NCBI RefSeq assembly: GCF_035084215.1 | Contig: NC_090349.1 | Coordinates: forward strand, 10,168,001 to 10,232,000 | Direction of reading: 5' to 3' | Length of the DNA: 64,000 bases | From: Heptranchias perlo | Lineage: Eukaryota | Shown: one piece after another, positions 38,250-49,900 of the stretch | Layout: each line of letters opens with the position of its first letter | Position numbering within the stretch: the stretch's first letter is position 1 | Notes under the pieces: model-generated | Told to the model about the DNA's origin: nothing | The model's database searches: none | The model's input: only the letters and a program-made list of their open reading frames with translations | Made by a program: the position numbers and the translations under genes

Positions 38250-38390
38250 GCCACTTCAGGACCGGATGGATCAACATATGCGACCTTGTTTTCTTCAAGA
38301 ATAGAGGAAACTCCGCAGAATGTAAACTTGGAGGTCGTTTATTCCGATCCGCTGAAAGAAAGGAATGCGCCCAATCCGTCGACGGATGAG
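38250..38390 (+). CDS. Cytoplasmic exon of the receptor (STYATL, VVYSDP)
   Basis: Acceptor TTCTTTCCAG|; 141 nt, phase 0-0; ATSGPDGSTYATLFSS..LEVVYSDPLKE..STDE; donor GAG|GTACAT. Confidence 0.8.
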
Positions 38391-38744
38391 GTACATTGAT
38401 TTAAACAGTAAGGGTAGACTTAGAATTAAACGATAGAACATTCCGCCGGACATCCAGATACACAGCCCTCACTGGGTGTTATAAATTAATGTAGCAACCA
38501 CCATTTTTTTCAAAACTCAGTACTTATTTAGTGAGCTACTGACAGATATATTTCAAAAGTGAATTAACGTCGTGTGAAATGTATCTACCGCTGCATTACG
38601 GTCAGTTCAAAGTCACACCCACTGCTAATTCATTCTAATTTGTGCAAACTACTATCATTAAAAATGTAAATACCTGTTCGCTACATTCTCCATATCGCAA
38701 AATGTAGACAATAATTGAGTTGTCTGTATGCCCTACATTTACAG

Positions 38745-38879
38745 ATGGAATATTCAGCTGTGAAGACCTGCAAAGCAGAGGCCAAGGCACAAAGTGGGAA
38801 TGGACAGCAGATGATTTACTCCCAACTGCAGTTTAAAGAGAATAACAAAGCTCAGCTTCTGACACCCCGCTTGCAGTAA
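38745..38879 (+). CDS. Terminal cytoplasmic exon of the receptor (MEYSAV, MIYSQL)
   Basis: Acceptor CATTTACAG| in phase 0, matching the previous exon. MEYSAVKTCKAEAKAQSGNGQQMIYSQLQFKENNKAQLLTPRLQ*. Too short for the supplied ORF track. Confidence 0.8.
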   Translation: MEYSAVKTCKAEAKAQSGNGQQMIYSQLQFKENNKAQLLTPRLQ

Positions 38880-38934
38880 GCTGCAACCTACAGATCCATT
38901 ACTGTTTCCGACAAAACTTTTATGTTTAGACGAA

Positions 38935-39277
38935 AGCAAAATATTGCAGATGCTGGAAATCTGAAATAAAATCAGAAAATGCTGAAAACTATCAGCAAGT
39001 CAGGCAGCGTCTGTGGAGCCAGAAACAGAGTCTCGTTATCACCTCCTTTTGCCTTTTTTTGTCATTTAATATCTCCTGGCCGCCACCCTATCACGCTTTT
39101 GTCACCTCTCGCTTTTGTCTTTCACTACCCCCCCCCCCCCCCTTTCCCCTGGCTCTGTACTTGCTTAAAAACTGTCCATCTCTAACATCTCCCAGTACTG
39201 ATGAAGCGTAACTCTGTTTCTCTCTCCATAGATGCTGCCTGACCTGCTGAGTGTTTCCAGCATTTTCTGTTTTTATT
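38935..39277. repeat. Penelope-like inverted-repeat remnant
   Basis: AATAAAATCAGAAAATGCTG..TCAGGCAGCGTCTGTGGAG..AAACAGAGT (38965-39031) is inverted at 39211-39277. Relatives lie near 9115-9170 and 55785-55860. Confidence 0.6.
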
Positions 39278-40429
39278 GTTAAAGCCTTTACGTGACCGTT
39301 TAACGCTGAAATGGGAATTATTCGCCACTATCTGTTTCTGTCATTCCACGTGCTATCCTTACTGGCACTAGCGACGTTCAGGTATTTCGTCAATCATATG
39401 TAAAACGTGAGGCGTTGAGTTTGAAGTTGAGTGGAAAGTAAGGTTATTACTTGCTGTAGATTGGAGACACTTCGTTATCTGTTGTACTAGTGAACAAAGG
39501 ACAATAGTTTATTGATATCTTCCAATTAGTTTCATGGTTTCACTTAGGATGGAGTTTGCATTAAAGACCAACGACAGTGATATAAATTAACCACCACCAT
39601 GTATGCAGGGAGTAAGTATGTTAGAGCTGGCTCCGCAGTCTGGCGCTCCCGGCGTGGAGTGAGACCTACAGGGAGCTCGTCGGGAAATGGTGGCTGATTT
39701 TCCGTCTGTTTAAATTAATGGATGTAAAAAGCAGGGAGGCAGTGACCAACGCCGGCTGCTATGAGAGCCCGACCGCAGAATAAGCTCCAATGGTGGTGCA
39801 ATACCTGTGGGGGTCTCTTTACAAACACTTTACATTGTGCGCCTGTCTACCGCCACCGAGTCACGATTTACACCGAAACGTTAATCAACAACATTATAGC
39901 TTCCGAACCCAAGACGCGGAGTCAGAAAGCCGCCGGTACTTACTCGGAAAGGTGAAGCTAATAAGCCTGTTCCCGACGAGGCACCAATTCCATCGTTAAA
40001 CTGCTGCAGATCTAAATGCGTTTCGCTATTAAAGTGTTTCAGGTCGCAATCGCTACCTTCTCCTCGCTCCCTTTCAAAAGTTTAACTTTCCCATTTTTTA
40101 ATATTAATACCGCCCTCTCACGCTGAAACGCAACTTTTGCCCCATCTCTGTGGCACGCTTGGGACAAGGGCAACATGCAGTAGAAAGGAAAACTGTGTAA
40201 AGAGAAAGGAAGAATTTAAATAGAGTTCCAGGTCACACACTACATCGGCACTTTCGTGCAGACAGCAGCACTCGGCGCAGCCGCAAGCGTCTGGGTAAAA
40301 CACCCACATATACTATCAGATGAGGAATGAAACTGATAAAATCGCCAACACAGTCTGTCAAATACCACCTACAGCTGGTTTCTCTGTCTACACAGTAATA
40401 GCAATACTGATCATTGTTAATTACTTTTC

Positions 40430-41095
40430 AGTAGGACGGGTAGATAAGGTGGTTAAAAATGCATACCGGATACTTTCCTTTATTAGCCGAGGCATAAAGG
40501 ATAAGAGTAGAGAGGTTATGCTAGAACTGTATAAAACATTGGTTAGGCCACAGCTTGAGTTCTGGTCACCTCATTACAGGAAAGATGTGATTGTACTAGA
40601 GAGGGTACAGAGGAGATTTACGAGGATGTTGCCAGGGCTGGAGAATTTTAGCTATGAGAAAAGATTGGACAGGCTGGGGTTGTTTTCTTTGTAACAAAGG
40701 AGTTTGAGGGGAGATTTAATTGAGATATATAAAATTATGACGGGACGAGATAGAGTGGATAGGGAGGACCTATTTCCCTTAGCAGTGGGATCAGTGGCCA
40801 GGGGGCATAGATTTAAAGTAATTGGTAGAAGGATTAGAGGGGAGCTGAGGAGAACTTTTTTTCACCCTGGTGGTGGTGGGGGTCTGGAACTCACTGCCTG
40901 AAAGGGTGGTAGAGGCAGAAACCTTCAACTCATTTAAAAAGTACTTGGATGTGCACTTGAAGTGCCCTAACGTAGAGTGCTACGGACCAAGTGCTGGAAA
41001 GTGGTATTAAGCTGGATAGCTCTTTTTCGGCCGGCAAGGACACGATGGGCCGAATGGCCTCCTTCCGTGCCGTAACTTTCTATGATTCCATGATT
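40430..41095 (+). mobile_element. CR1 3' fragment
   Basis: LYKTLVRPQLE..LERVQRRFTRMLPG..RGDLIEIYKI and a TTCTATGATTC tail. Confidence 0.88.
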
Positions 41096-42019
41096 CTATC
41101 CAAGGAAGCAACACGGACAGTGTATCAAATGAATGGCTTCAACCAATTATTGACTGCTGTGTATGTTCTGAATAGAATATTAGCATTCTATTATGATATA
41201 TATAAAAGCAGCATTATTCTGGATTCACACAGAGAACTAACAAATACATTTTGCGGATGCTACCGATAAACAATTGATTGCAATACGTTGAAAAATAAAA
41301 TTAAATCAATTTATTTTTGCATCCCATCTAATTCACTAGTTTAATACTAAAACGTATCGACATTTGTTTACTATTTATGTTCTCCAAAATCCCAGTTCCA
41401 TAAATTTTAAAAATGGATATCTGGTTACTTCCACTGATACTTTGTATTGTAAATGTGCAGCTAGGTAATTAAATCTGATCTCTGATTAGAGAGACGGAGA
41501 CAGAAAAAAAAGAAATAGCGTCCGATTTAGAGAAGCAGACACAAAGCTAGACAGAGAGATGAAAGAGATGCATGATTACTCCAAGTAATGCATGAGTTTA
41601 AAATAATTATGCAATACATAGATAGATGTGTTGGCCCGTGGTGGGAAACTCTGCTGTTGTGCATTTTTGCGAAGCTAAGAGTTTAGCAAGTTTAGTTCGT
41701 TTATAAAACTCACAGACTCACCGCAACACTCCTACTTATTGTAGCTATCGCTGTACAGGACTTAAGTGCATTTGTGCCATCAAAAGGAATTTAGTAATAG
41801 CAAGACAGATCTTAAAGGTCACGATCACCAAGCTAGATTTTAAATTACATCCTCTGATTGCAAAAGATAAAACCGCAATGTGAGATGTACCGTGTTTTGT
41901 GACTTAATCTTTGAGGCTTGTTTAAGAAAACGAAATAAGATTAAAGGGTGAATTCTGCGAACATAAATGAAAGATACCACAGCCTTGTAATATCTAAATG
42001 TTTTTTATGTACCTAATAC

Positions 42020-42385
42020 AATTGAGTTTTTGTTCCTATTTGATCCTGAGCTGAGCTTCGGACCACATATCCTCTGCTTCACAAAGACCCCCTACTTGCA
42101 CCTCTGTAACATCGCCCATCTCTGCCCCCGACTCAGCCCATCTGTTGCCAAAACACTCATCTATGATTTTGTTATCGCCCGACTTGGCTATTCCAAAGTT
42201 CTCCTGGCGGACCTCCCATTTTCCACTATACTTAAACTTGAGCTCATCCAGTACTCTGCTGCCCGTATCCCAACTCGCACTAAGTCCCGCTCACCACTGT
42301 GCTCTCTGGCCTACATTGGCTCCCAGTCCAGAAACACCTCCTATTTAAAATTCTCATCCTTGTGTTCAAATCCCTCCGTGGCCTA
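42020..42385 (+). mobile_element. L2 internal fragment
   Basis: FDPELSF..HL.NIA.L..LHWLPV..FKILILVFKSL. Confidence 0.75.
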
Positions 42386-42844
42386 GTCACTGAATATTTT
42401 TGTGGAGCCAGGAGTAGCACCCCTGCTCCTTCCCACTCCATTTTAAAAAAATATATATTTTTACAAAATTCTGGCTCTTTCCTGATCAGAACGTCAGTAC
42501 ACATGGGCAGAGATAAGCTACGCCCATGTGACCCTTAAAATGCAATACGGTCCGAAATATGCCATGAGGACCCCGTTTGCATGGGAAAGAGGCCTATCAC
42601 TTGTTTCAGGCTGGCGCTTTGGCCGACCAGCTGTAGGTCTGTGAAAATTTACCAACCCCATTTTGTGGCCCTAATGTTCAAGTGAAAATCGAGTTTTAAC
42701 AAAGCGAATTGCTATTTGGAAATTGAATTACACAAACTGCAACTGCGATTGCCTTTGGTTATTGTTTTTCATTTAATGGCAACATTAAAGCAATAATTGA
42801 TGCCAGATGATTATTGTGTTGTGGACATTATAGACCATTTGTCT

Positions 42845-45100
42845 TCATAGCATCATAGCAGGTACAGCACAGGAGTTGGCCGTTCGGCCCATCGTGCCTG
42901 TGCCAGCTCTTTGAAGGAGTTATCCAATTAGTCCCCATTCCCCTGATCTTTCCCCATAGCCCTGTAATTTTTTTCCCTTCCAGTATTTAACCAAGTCCAG
43001 TTTGAAAGTTACTATTGAAGCTGCTTCCATGACCCTTTCAGGCAATGCATTCCAGATCATTACAACATGCTGCATAAAGAAATGTTTCCTCATGTCACCT
43101 CTGACTCTTTTGCCGATCACCTTAAATCTGTGTCCTCCGGTAATCGACCCTTCTGCCACTGGAAACAGTTTCTTCTTATTCACTCTATCAAAACCGTTCA
43201 TGATTTTGGACACCTCTACCAATTCTCCCCTTAAAATTCTCTTTCCTTTTTTTTATCGTTCATGGGATGTAGGCATCACTAACAAGGCTAGCATTTATTG
43301 CCCATCCCTAATTGCCCTTGAGAAGGTGGTGGTGAGCTGCCTTCTTGAACCACTGCTGTCCATGTGGTGAAGGTTCTCCCACAGTGCTGTTGAGTAGGGA
43401 GTTCCAGGATTTGACCCAGCGATGATGAAGGAATGGTGATATATTTCCAAGTCAGGATGTTGTGTGACTTGCAGGGGAACCTGCAGATGGTGTTGTTCCC
43501 ATGCACCTGCTGCCCTTGTCCTTTTAGGTGGTAGAGGTCTGGGTTTGGGAGGTGCTGTGAAGTAGATGGTACACACTGCAGTCAGTGTGCACCGGTGGTG
43601 GAGGGTGTGAATGTTTAGGGTGGTAGATGGGGTGCCAATCAAGTGGGCTGCTATGTCTTGGATGGTGTCGAGCTTCATGGGTGTTATTGGAGCTGCACTC
43701 ATCCAGGCAAGTGGAGAATATTCCATCACACTCCTGACTTGTGCCTTGTAGATGGTGGAAAAGCTTTTAGGAGTCAGGAGGTGAGTCACTCACCGCAGAC
43801 TACCCGGCCTCTGACTTGCTCTTGTAGCCACAGTATTTATATGGCTGGTCCAGTTAAGCTTCTGGTCAATGGTGACCCCCAGGATGTTGATAGTGGGGGA
43901 TTTGGCGATGGTAATGCTGTTGAATGTCAAGGGGAGGTGGTTAGACTCTCTCTTGTTGGAGATGGTCATTGCCTGGCACTTGTCTGGCTCAAATGTTACT
44001 TGCCACTTATCAGCCCAAGTCTGGATGTTATCTAGTTCTTGCTGTCTACGGGCATGGACTGCTTCATTATTTGAGTGGTTGCGAATGGAACTGAACATGG
44101 TGCAATCATCAGCGAATATCCCCATTTCTGACCCTATGATTGAGGGAAGGTTATTGATGAAGCAGCTGAAGATGATTGGGCCTAGGACACTGACCTGAGG
44201 AACTCCTGCAACTATGTCCTAGGGCTGAGATGATTGGCCTCCAGCAACCACTACTGATCTAAGGAGAACAACTCCAGCTTCTCAATCTCTCCATACATCT
44301 GAAGTCCCTCATCCCTGGTACCATTCTAGTAAATCTGTTCTGCACCCTCTCTTAAGACCTTGACATCCTTCCTAAAGTGTGGTGCCCAGAACTGAACACA
44401 AAACTCCAGCATGAAGCCTAACTAGTGTTTTATAAAGGTCTAATATAAATTCCATTTTTTCGAATAAAGCCCAGGATCCCATATGCTTTTTTATCAGCCT
44501 TCTCAACTGTCCTGCAACCTTCAAAGATTTGTGTGTGTACACCCCCAGATCTCCCTGTTCCTGCACCCCTTTAAAATTGTATCATTTAGTTTATATTGCC
44601 TCTCCTCATTCTTCATACCAAAATGTATCACTTCACACTTCTCGGCATTAAATTCCATCTACCATGTGTCTACCCATTTCACCAGTCTGTCTATGTCCTC
44701 CTGAGGTCTGTTACTATCCTCCATATTGTTTACTACATTTCCAAGTTTAATTTCGTCTGCAAACTTTGAAATGATACCCTCTATATCCAAGTCCAGGTCA
44801 TTAATATATACCAAAAAGAACAGTGGTGCTAATACTGACTCCTGGTTGACACCACTATATGCTTCCCTCCAGTCTGAAAAGTAACGGTTCACCACTACTC
44901 TCTGTTTCCTGACCCTTAGCCAATTTTGTATCCAAGCTGCCACTGTCCTTTTAATCCCATGGGCTTTAATTTTGCTAACAAGTCTATTATGTGGTACTTT
45001 ATCAAATGCCTTTTGAAAGTCCATATACACAACATCAACCACACTACCCTCATCAACCTTCCCCGTTACTTCATCAAAGAACTCAATCTTGACTAAGGAC
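42845..45100 (-). mobile_element. CR1 3' portion with a nested 3' fragment (about 43245-44255) of the tRNA-headed LINE family
   Basis: MDFQKAFDKVPH, FADEIKL and a CR1 C-terminus. The nested block has FADDCT, IYKAQVRSVMEY and GGGCAATAAATGC. Confidence 0.85.
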
Positions 45101-46989
45101 ACCTAGAATGAACAAGACTTTAGCCCAGTAATTTCAGTAATACTGCAGCAGATACAGTCCTTGCTCTTAGAACATGCAAAATTGCACGTTTCTTATTTTA
45201 AAAATTACCTCAATTAAAAGTTGATTCATTATTTTGTATGTGCTAATGCCATAAAATGCAAGTATGTTAAATAGCTAAATGTACGTCAGAAAATTCCAGG
45301 TCATAATTATGCTGGAAATCAGCAGAAATACATTTTAGATGTCTTGGATAACAAAGCAGAATATAGTCAATAAACATGATAGTTCATGATTTGAGCATCG
45401 CACTAAAGGTGTTTAAGTTAGACAATAATCTAAATTTAACAGTATGCAACGCATTAATACTTTACAGTGAAATGTATTATTGATCCACTCTCCCTCTTAT
45501 GCTGGTTACCTCCCAATTTTACATTCTTTCTTATAATAAAAAATGTATTCATCCTCCTCACAATTCCCGCTGTGTTGAAGTCCCAATAGTATCTGATCTA
45601 AATCAGGGGCCAATAAGGGAGCAGAGTATTTGAACAATAAAATGTGTTCTTTTCCAATCAGGTTTCCAGCCTGAGGTTTGCGTTTCCGTTTCCCTTCAGT
45701 TGGTTTCATTCCCTTTTCAAAATTCCGAAGAATGTCCAATACTGGAAGTTTCAAACAGATTTTCCGTGCGCTATGTTTCCTCACAACGAAGTCTGAATGT
45801 AAGTGTATATAGTTCATATTCATCGATTTCACGCCACATGACAGCCCTAAGCAAGGGTTTCCTCTTTGCTCCTGGTGTGGCGAAATCATAAACCCGTTCT
45901 TTATAAATGTACGTACAATTTTGCTACACCGAGAGTACAATGGCAACTTCACTCCAAGTAGGCTTAATTTCCTCTGTGCGCTATTTTTAGCGCACCAGTC
46001 AATCCCTTTCTGCGCTATTGTAGCCAATTTAAAATAATCCAAGGCATTGCCAATCACACGGCCTGATATTAGTAAAGAATGAGTTAAAGCATTCCTAGGA
46101 AATTCCTCTCTCACTATTTTAAAGCAATTCCCTTGGCAGGGGATGGTAAGGGAGCGAACCAGTTTATTGCTTCATTCATTGCTTATATCGCAAGATGTGG
46201 AGATGCCGGTGATGGACTGGGGTTGACAATTGTAAACAATTTTACAACACCAAGTTATAGTCCAGCAATTTTATTTTAAATTCACAAGCTTTCGGAGATT
46301 TTCTCCTTCCTCAGGTAAATCGCAAGACCAATTTCAACCCATTCATTCTCACCGGTAGAAATTATTTGTCAAGTCTGTACATTTTTCTTCGTGCACCCTT
46401 GGGCTGTGATTTCCATTACATTACTTGACTCTTGTTTTCCATACTACGCTGTCAATTTCTTTGTTAACGGTAAACCACATTTTAGCGAACAGAGTTTAAG
46501 CACATTTATCGTAAATCCCTAGTCAACCACTAACATCTCCAATCAGCCGTCCGGAGGAACATTACGCCATAACTCCACAGCACCATCTACTGGTACGTCA
46601 AAGTAAAGCGAGATGCTACAACAGGGACACAACCACTAACCAACTATTTTCCCTTTTGGCAAAGGCCGGGAATTTCCTTTGTGGATGCAACCCGGGTCAG
46701 ACCCAAAAATGCACCCATTCATTGGCAGTCGTTGTGGAGGAGGAGGGGGACCAGGCAGAGGAGAGGGTGAGGGTGGGGGGAGAGGGAGGGAGAGCAACTT
46801 CCGGAGGAGCTGGAGAATTTGGCCTCTAGCTTTGTCTTGCAACTTGTGCCCATTGTGCTGCCAGATGAGGGCTTGATGGAAATCCAGAGCCGCACGCCTC
46901 CGCTCTTTCCTGGAAGTGCAGTCTCCCTTCACCTTCAAGCCACCGTCCGAGTCACCCAGCTGTCCGCAGCTAGGTACCAGCGTGGACAC

Positions 46990-49900
46990 ATTCCACCGGG
47001 GCGAGCGAGCGCTTCAAAGCCAGGTGAGTTCTCCAGCATCAGAATCCTGTCTTGGTGAACAGGGAGATGGAGGATTCCACCACCTCTCCAGAGAGACCGG
47101 CTAGAAGGCGGCCATGGATTGGCGAGTCATTGGAATGTGACTTGATGGCTGAAGAGGCGCCTGCTGGTGGAGCATCAGAGGGGCATGAGGACTCTGGTCT
47201 CCATCAGCAGTAACATGATGCTTCTTGCTGGTTTGACCTCCGAGTCTGCTGTAATGCTCAGCATGAACATCACGCAGGCGATGTTAGAGCTGCGTGAACC
47301 CATGCAGCAAATCCCTTAGCAGGGGGTGGTAAGGGAGCAGACGGGGTTCCCACCTTGATGGAAGCTCAGATTTCTGCTCCTGAGACTTTAGATGACAGAC
47401 TGGAAGGCACAACGAATCGTGGCTTCCAGTCTCTTGCTTTGGCCTTGCGGGAGCTGACGTCTGCCATTAGGCTGCCGATCAAGATCGCAGTGGAAGGGCG
47501 GCTGGTGCAGTCCAAGTGCCTGCTGGCCAAAGAGCTTGTCTAGACACGGGGGCCAAGTGGGTTACCTTGAGGGAGTAGGGGGAATTTAATTGCAGTCTTT
47601 CCTGCCTACTCTTTCTCCTCTTTTGTCAGAATTGGGGAAGCTGCCTGCCTTGAACATTGTAATCATCACAGTCATGTCCCGCTTGTTGAGTTTTATGTGT
47701 TATTGCTGCAAATTTAAAATTTCTTGTTTCAAAGAGTTAAATCGTTATTTACATTTTTCAAAGTTTGCAAAAGTTGCAACAATTTCTAAAGTTTACCTCA
47801 GTCCAACTCAGGTTTCCAGTGGTTCATAATCTTCATTATTGATGATTAAAGGTATATTCTTGTAAAGAGTTGTTCACATTTCTAAAGAGAGTTTAATATT
47901 GCAATAAAACACAGTTTGTGACTAAGATATGTTTCTCAGGATCTAATTAAAAAACAAAATTCTAAGTATAGTTTAACTTTTTCAGTCAACATTTGCCCTT
48001 ATTTGTAACAATTTTCACTTAAAGTTATGAAACATTTTTGTAATAAAACATTCTTTGAAGTTAACGAGAGCTGTGCCTGATCTTCTGATTGCGACCTCTG
48101 CGGGGTACTCATTAGGTAAAAGTCTGTGCTACAAGCCCCCCCTGACAGGCTTGCCCTCTCACAGCCATGCCTCCTGCGAATGCGTCACATCCCTTGGCTC
48201 CGGCTCCCACAGCACAGCATCTTCTGCTTCGATTAGCTTCTCCTCTGGTATGTCAAAATCCAGACTGTCAGCCATGGCGAAGTTGCACAGCACCCTCTCT
48301 GGGGAGTATCCAAGAACACCGTCAGATCTGTCCAAGCACCTGAAGCAGCTCTTCAGCATCCTGTTGTCTTCACAACTACCTGCCTGGTGGGTACTCAACT
48401 TGAGGGTACTGTAGCATAGTGTTTATGTTACTGGACTAGTAATCCAGAGGCCTGGACTAATAATCCGGAGTCATGAGTTCAAAGCACGCCACAGCAGCTG
48501 GGGAATTTAAATTCAATTAAATAAATCTGGAATTAAAATACTAGTATCAGTAATGGTGACCATGAAACTACCGGATTGTCGTAAAAACCCATCTGGTTCA
48601 CTAATGTCCTTGAGGAAAGGAAACCTGCTGCCCTTACCCGGTCTGGCCTATATTTGACTCCAGACCCACAGCAATGTGGTTGATTCTTAATTGCCCTCTG
48701 AAATGGCCTAGCAAGCCACTCAATTGTAAAATCTCGCTAAAAAAAGTCAGAATAAGAATAAAACCGGACGGACCACCCGGCATCGGACCACTAGGCACCG
48801 GACACGACAAAGGCAAACCAAGCCCAGTCAACGCTGCAAAGTTCTCATCACGAACATCTGGGGACGTGTGCCAAAATTGGGAGAGCTGTCCCACAAGCTA
48901 GTCAAGCAACAGCCTGACATAGCCATACTCACAGAATCATAACTTGCAGCCAACGTCCCTGAATCTTCCATCACCATCGGCAGGACAGACCGACCAGAGG
49001 TGGCGGTACAGTGATATACAGTCAGGAGGGAGTGGCCCTGGGAGTCCTCAACATTGACTCTGGACCCCATGAAATCTCATGGCATCAGGTCAAACATGTG
49101 CAAGGAAACTTCCTGCTGATTACCACCTGCTTCCCTCCCTCAGCTGATGAATCCGTCCTCTTCCATGTTGAACACCACTTGGAGGAACCACTGAGGGTAG
49201 CAAGGGCTCAGAATGTACTCTGGGTGGGGGACTTCAATGTCCATCGCCAAGAGTGGCTCAGTAGCACCACTACTGATCGAGCTGTCCGAGTCCTGAAGGT
49301 CATAGCTGCCAGACTGGGCGTGCAGCAGGTGTTGAGCGAACCAACACGAGGGAAAAACTTACTTGACCTTGTCCCCACCAATCTACCTGTCGCAAATGCA
49401 TCTGTCCATGACTGTATTGGTAGGAGTGACCACTGCACAGTCCTCGTGGAGAGCGAATTCCCGCCTTCGCACTGAGGATAACAACAAACGTGTTGTGTGG
49501 CAAGTCAGAACAGATCTAGCAGCTCAAAACTGGGCATCCAGGAGGTACTGTGGGCCATCAGCAGCAGCAGAATTGTATTCCAGCACAATCTGGAACCTCA
49601 TGGCCCGGCATATTCCTCACTCTACCATTACCAACAAGCCAGGGGATCAACCCTGGTACAATGACGAGTGTAGAAGAGCATGCCAGGAGCAGTACCAGAC
49701 GTACCTAAAAATGAGGTGCCAACCTGGTGAAGCTACAACTCAGGACTGCATGCATGCTAAACAGCAGAAGCAACATGCTATAGACAGAGCTAAGCGATTC
49801 CACAACCAACAGATCAGATCAAAGCTCAGCAGTCCTGCCACATCCAGTCGTGAATGGTGGTGGACAATTGAACAACTAACGGGAGGAGGAGGCTCTGTGA

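Noticed and set aside
29612-38879. Calling the receptor PDCD1, CTLA4 or NCR3
   Set aside because: No ITIM-then-TxYxxI ITSM layout, no MYPPPY and no charged TM residue. Orthology needs phylogeny and synteny, so no symbol is given.
46543-46615. Minus-strand mini terminal exon ISLYFDVPVDGAVELWRNVPPDG*
   Set aside because: Only 23 codons, and no phase-compatible upstream exon was identified.
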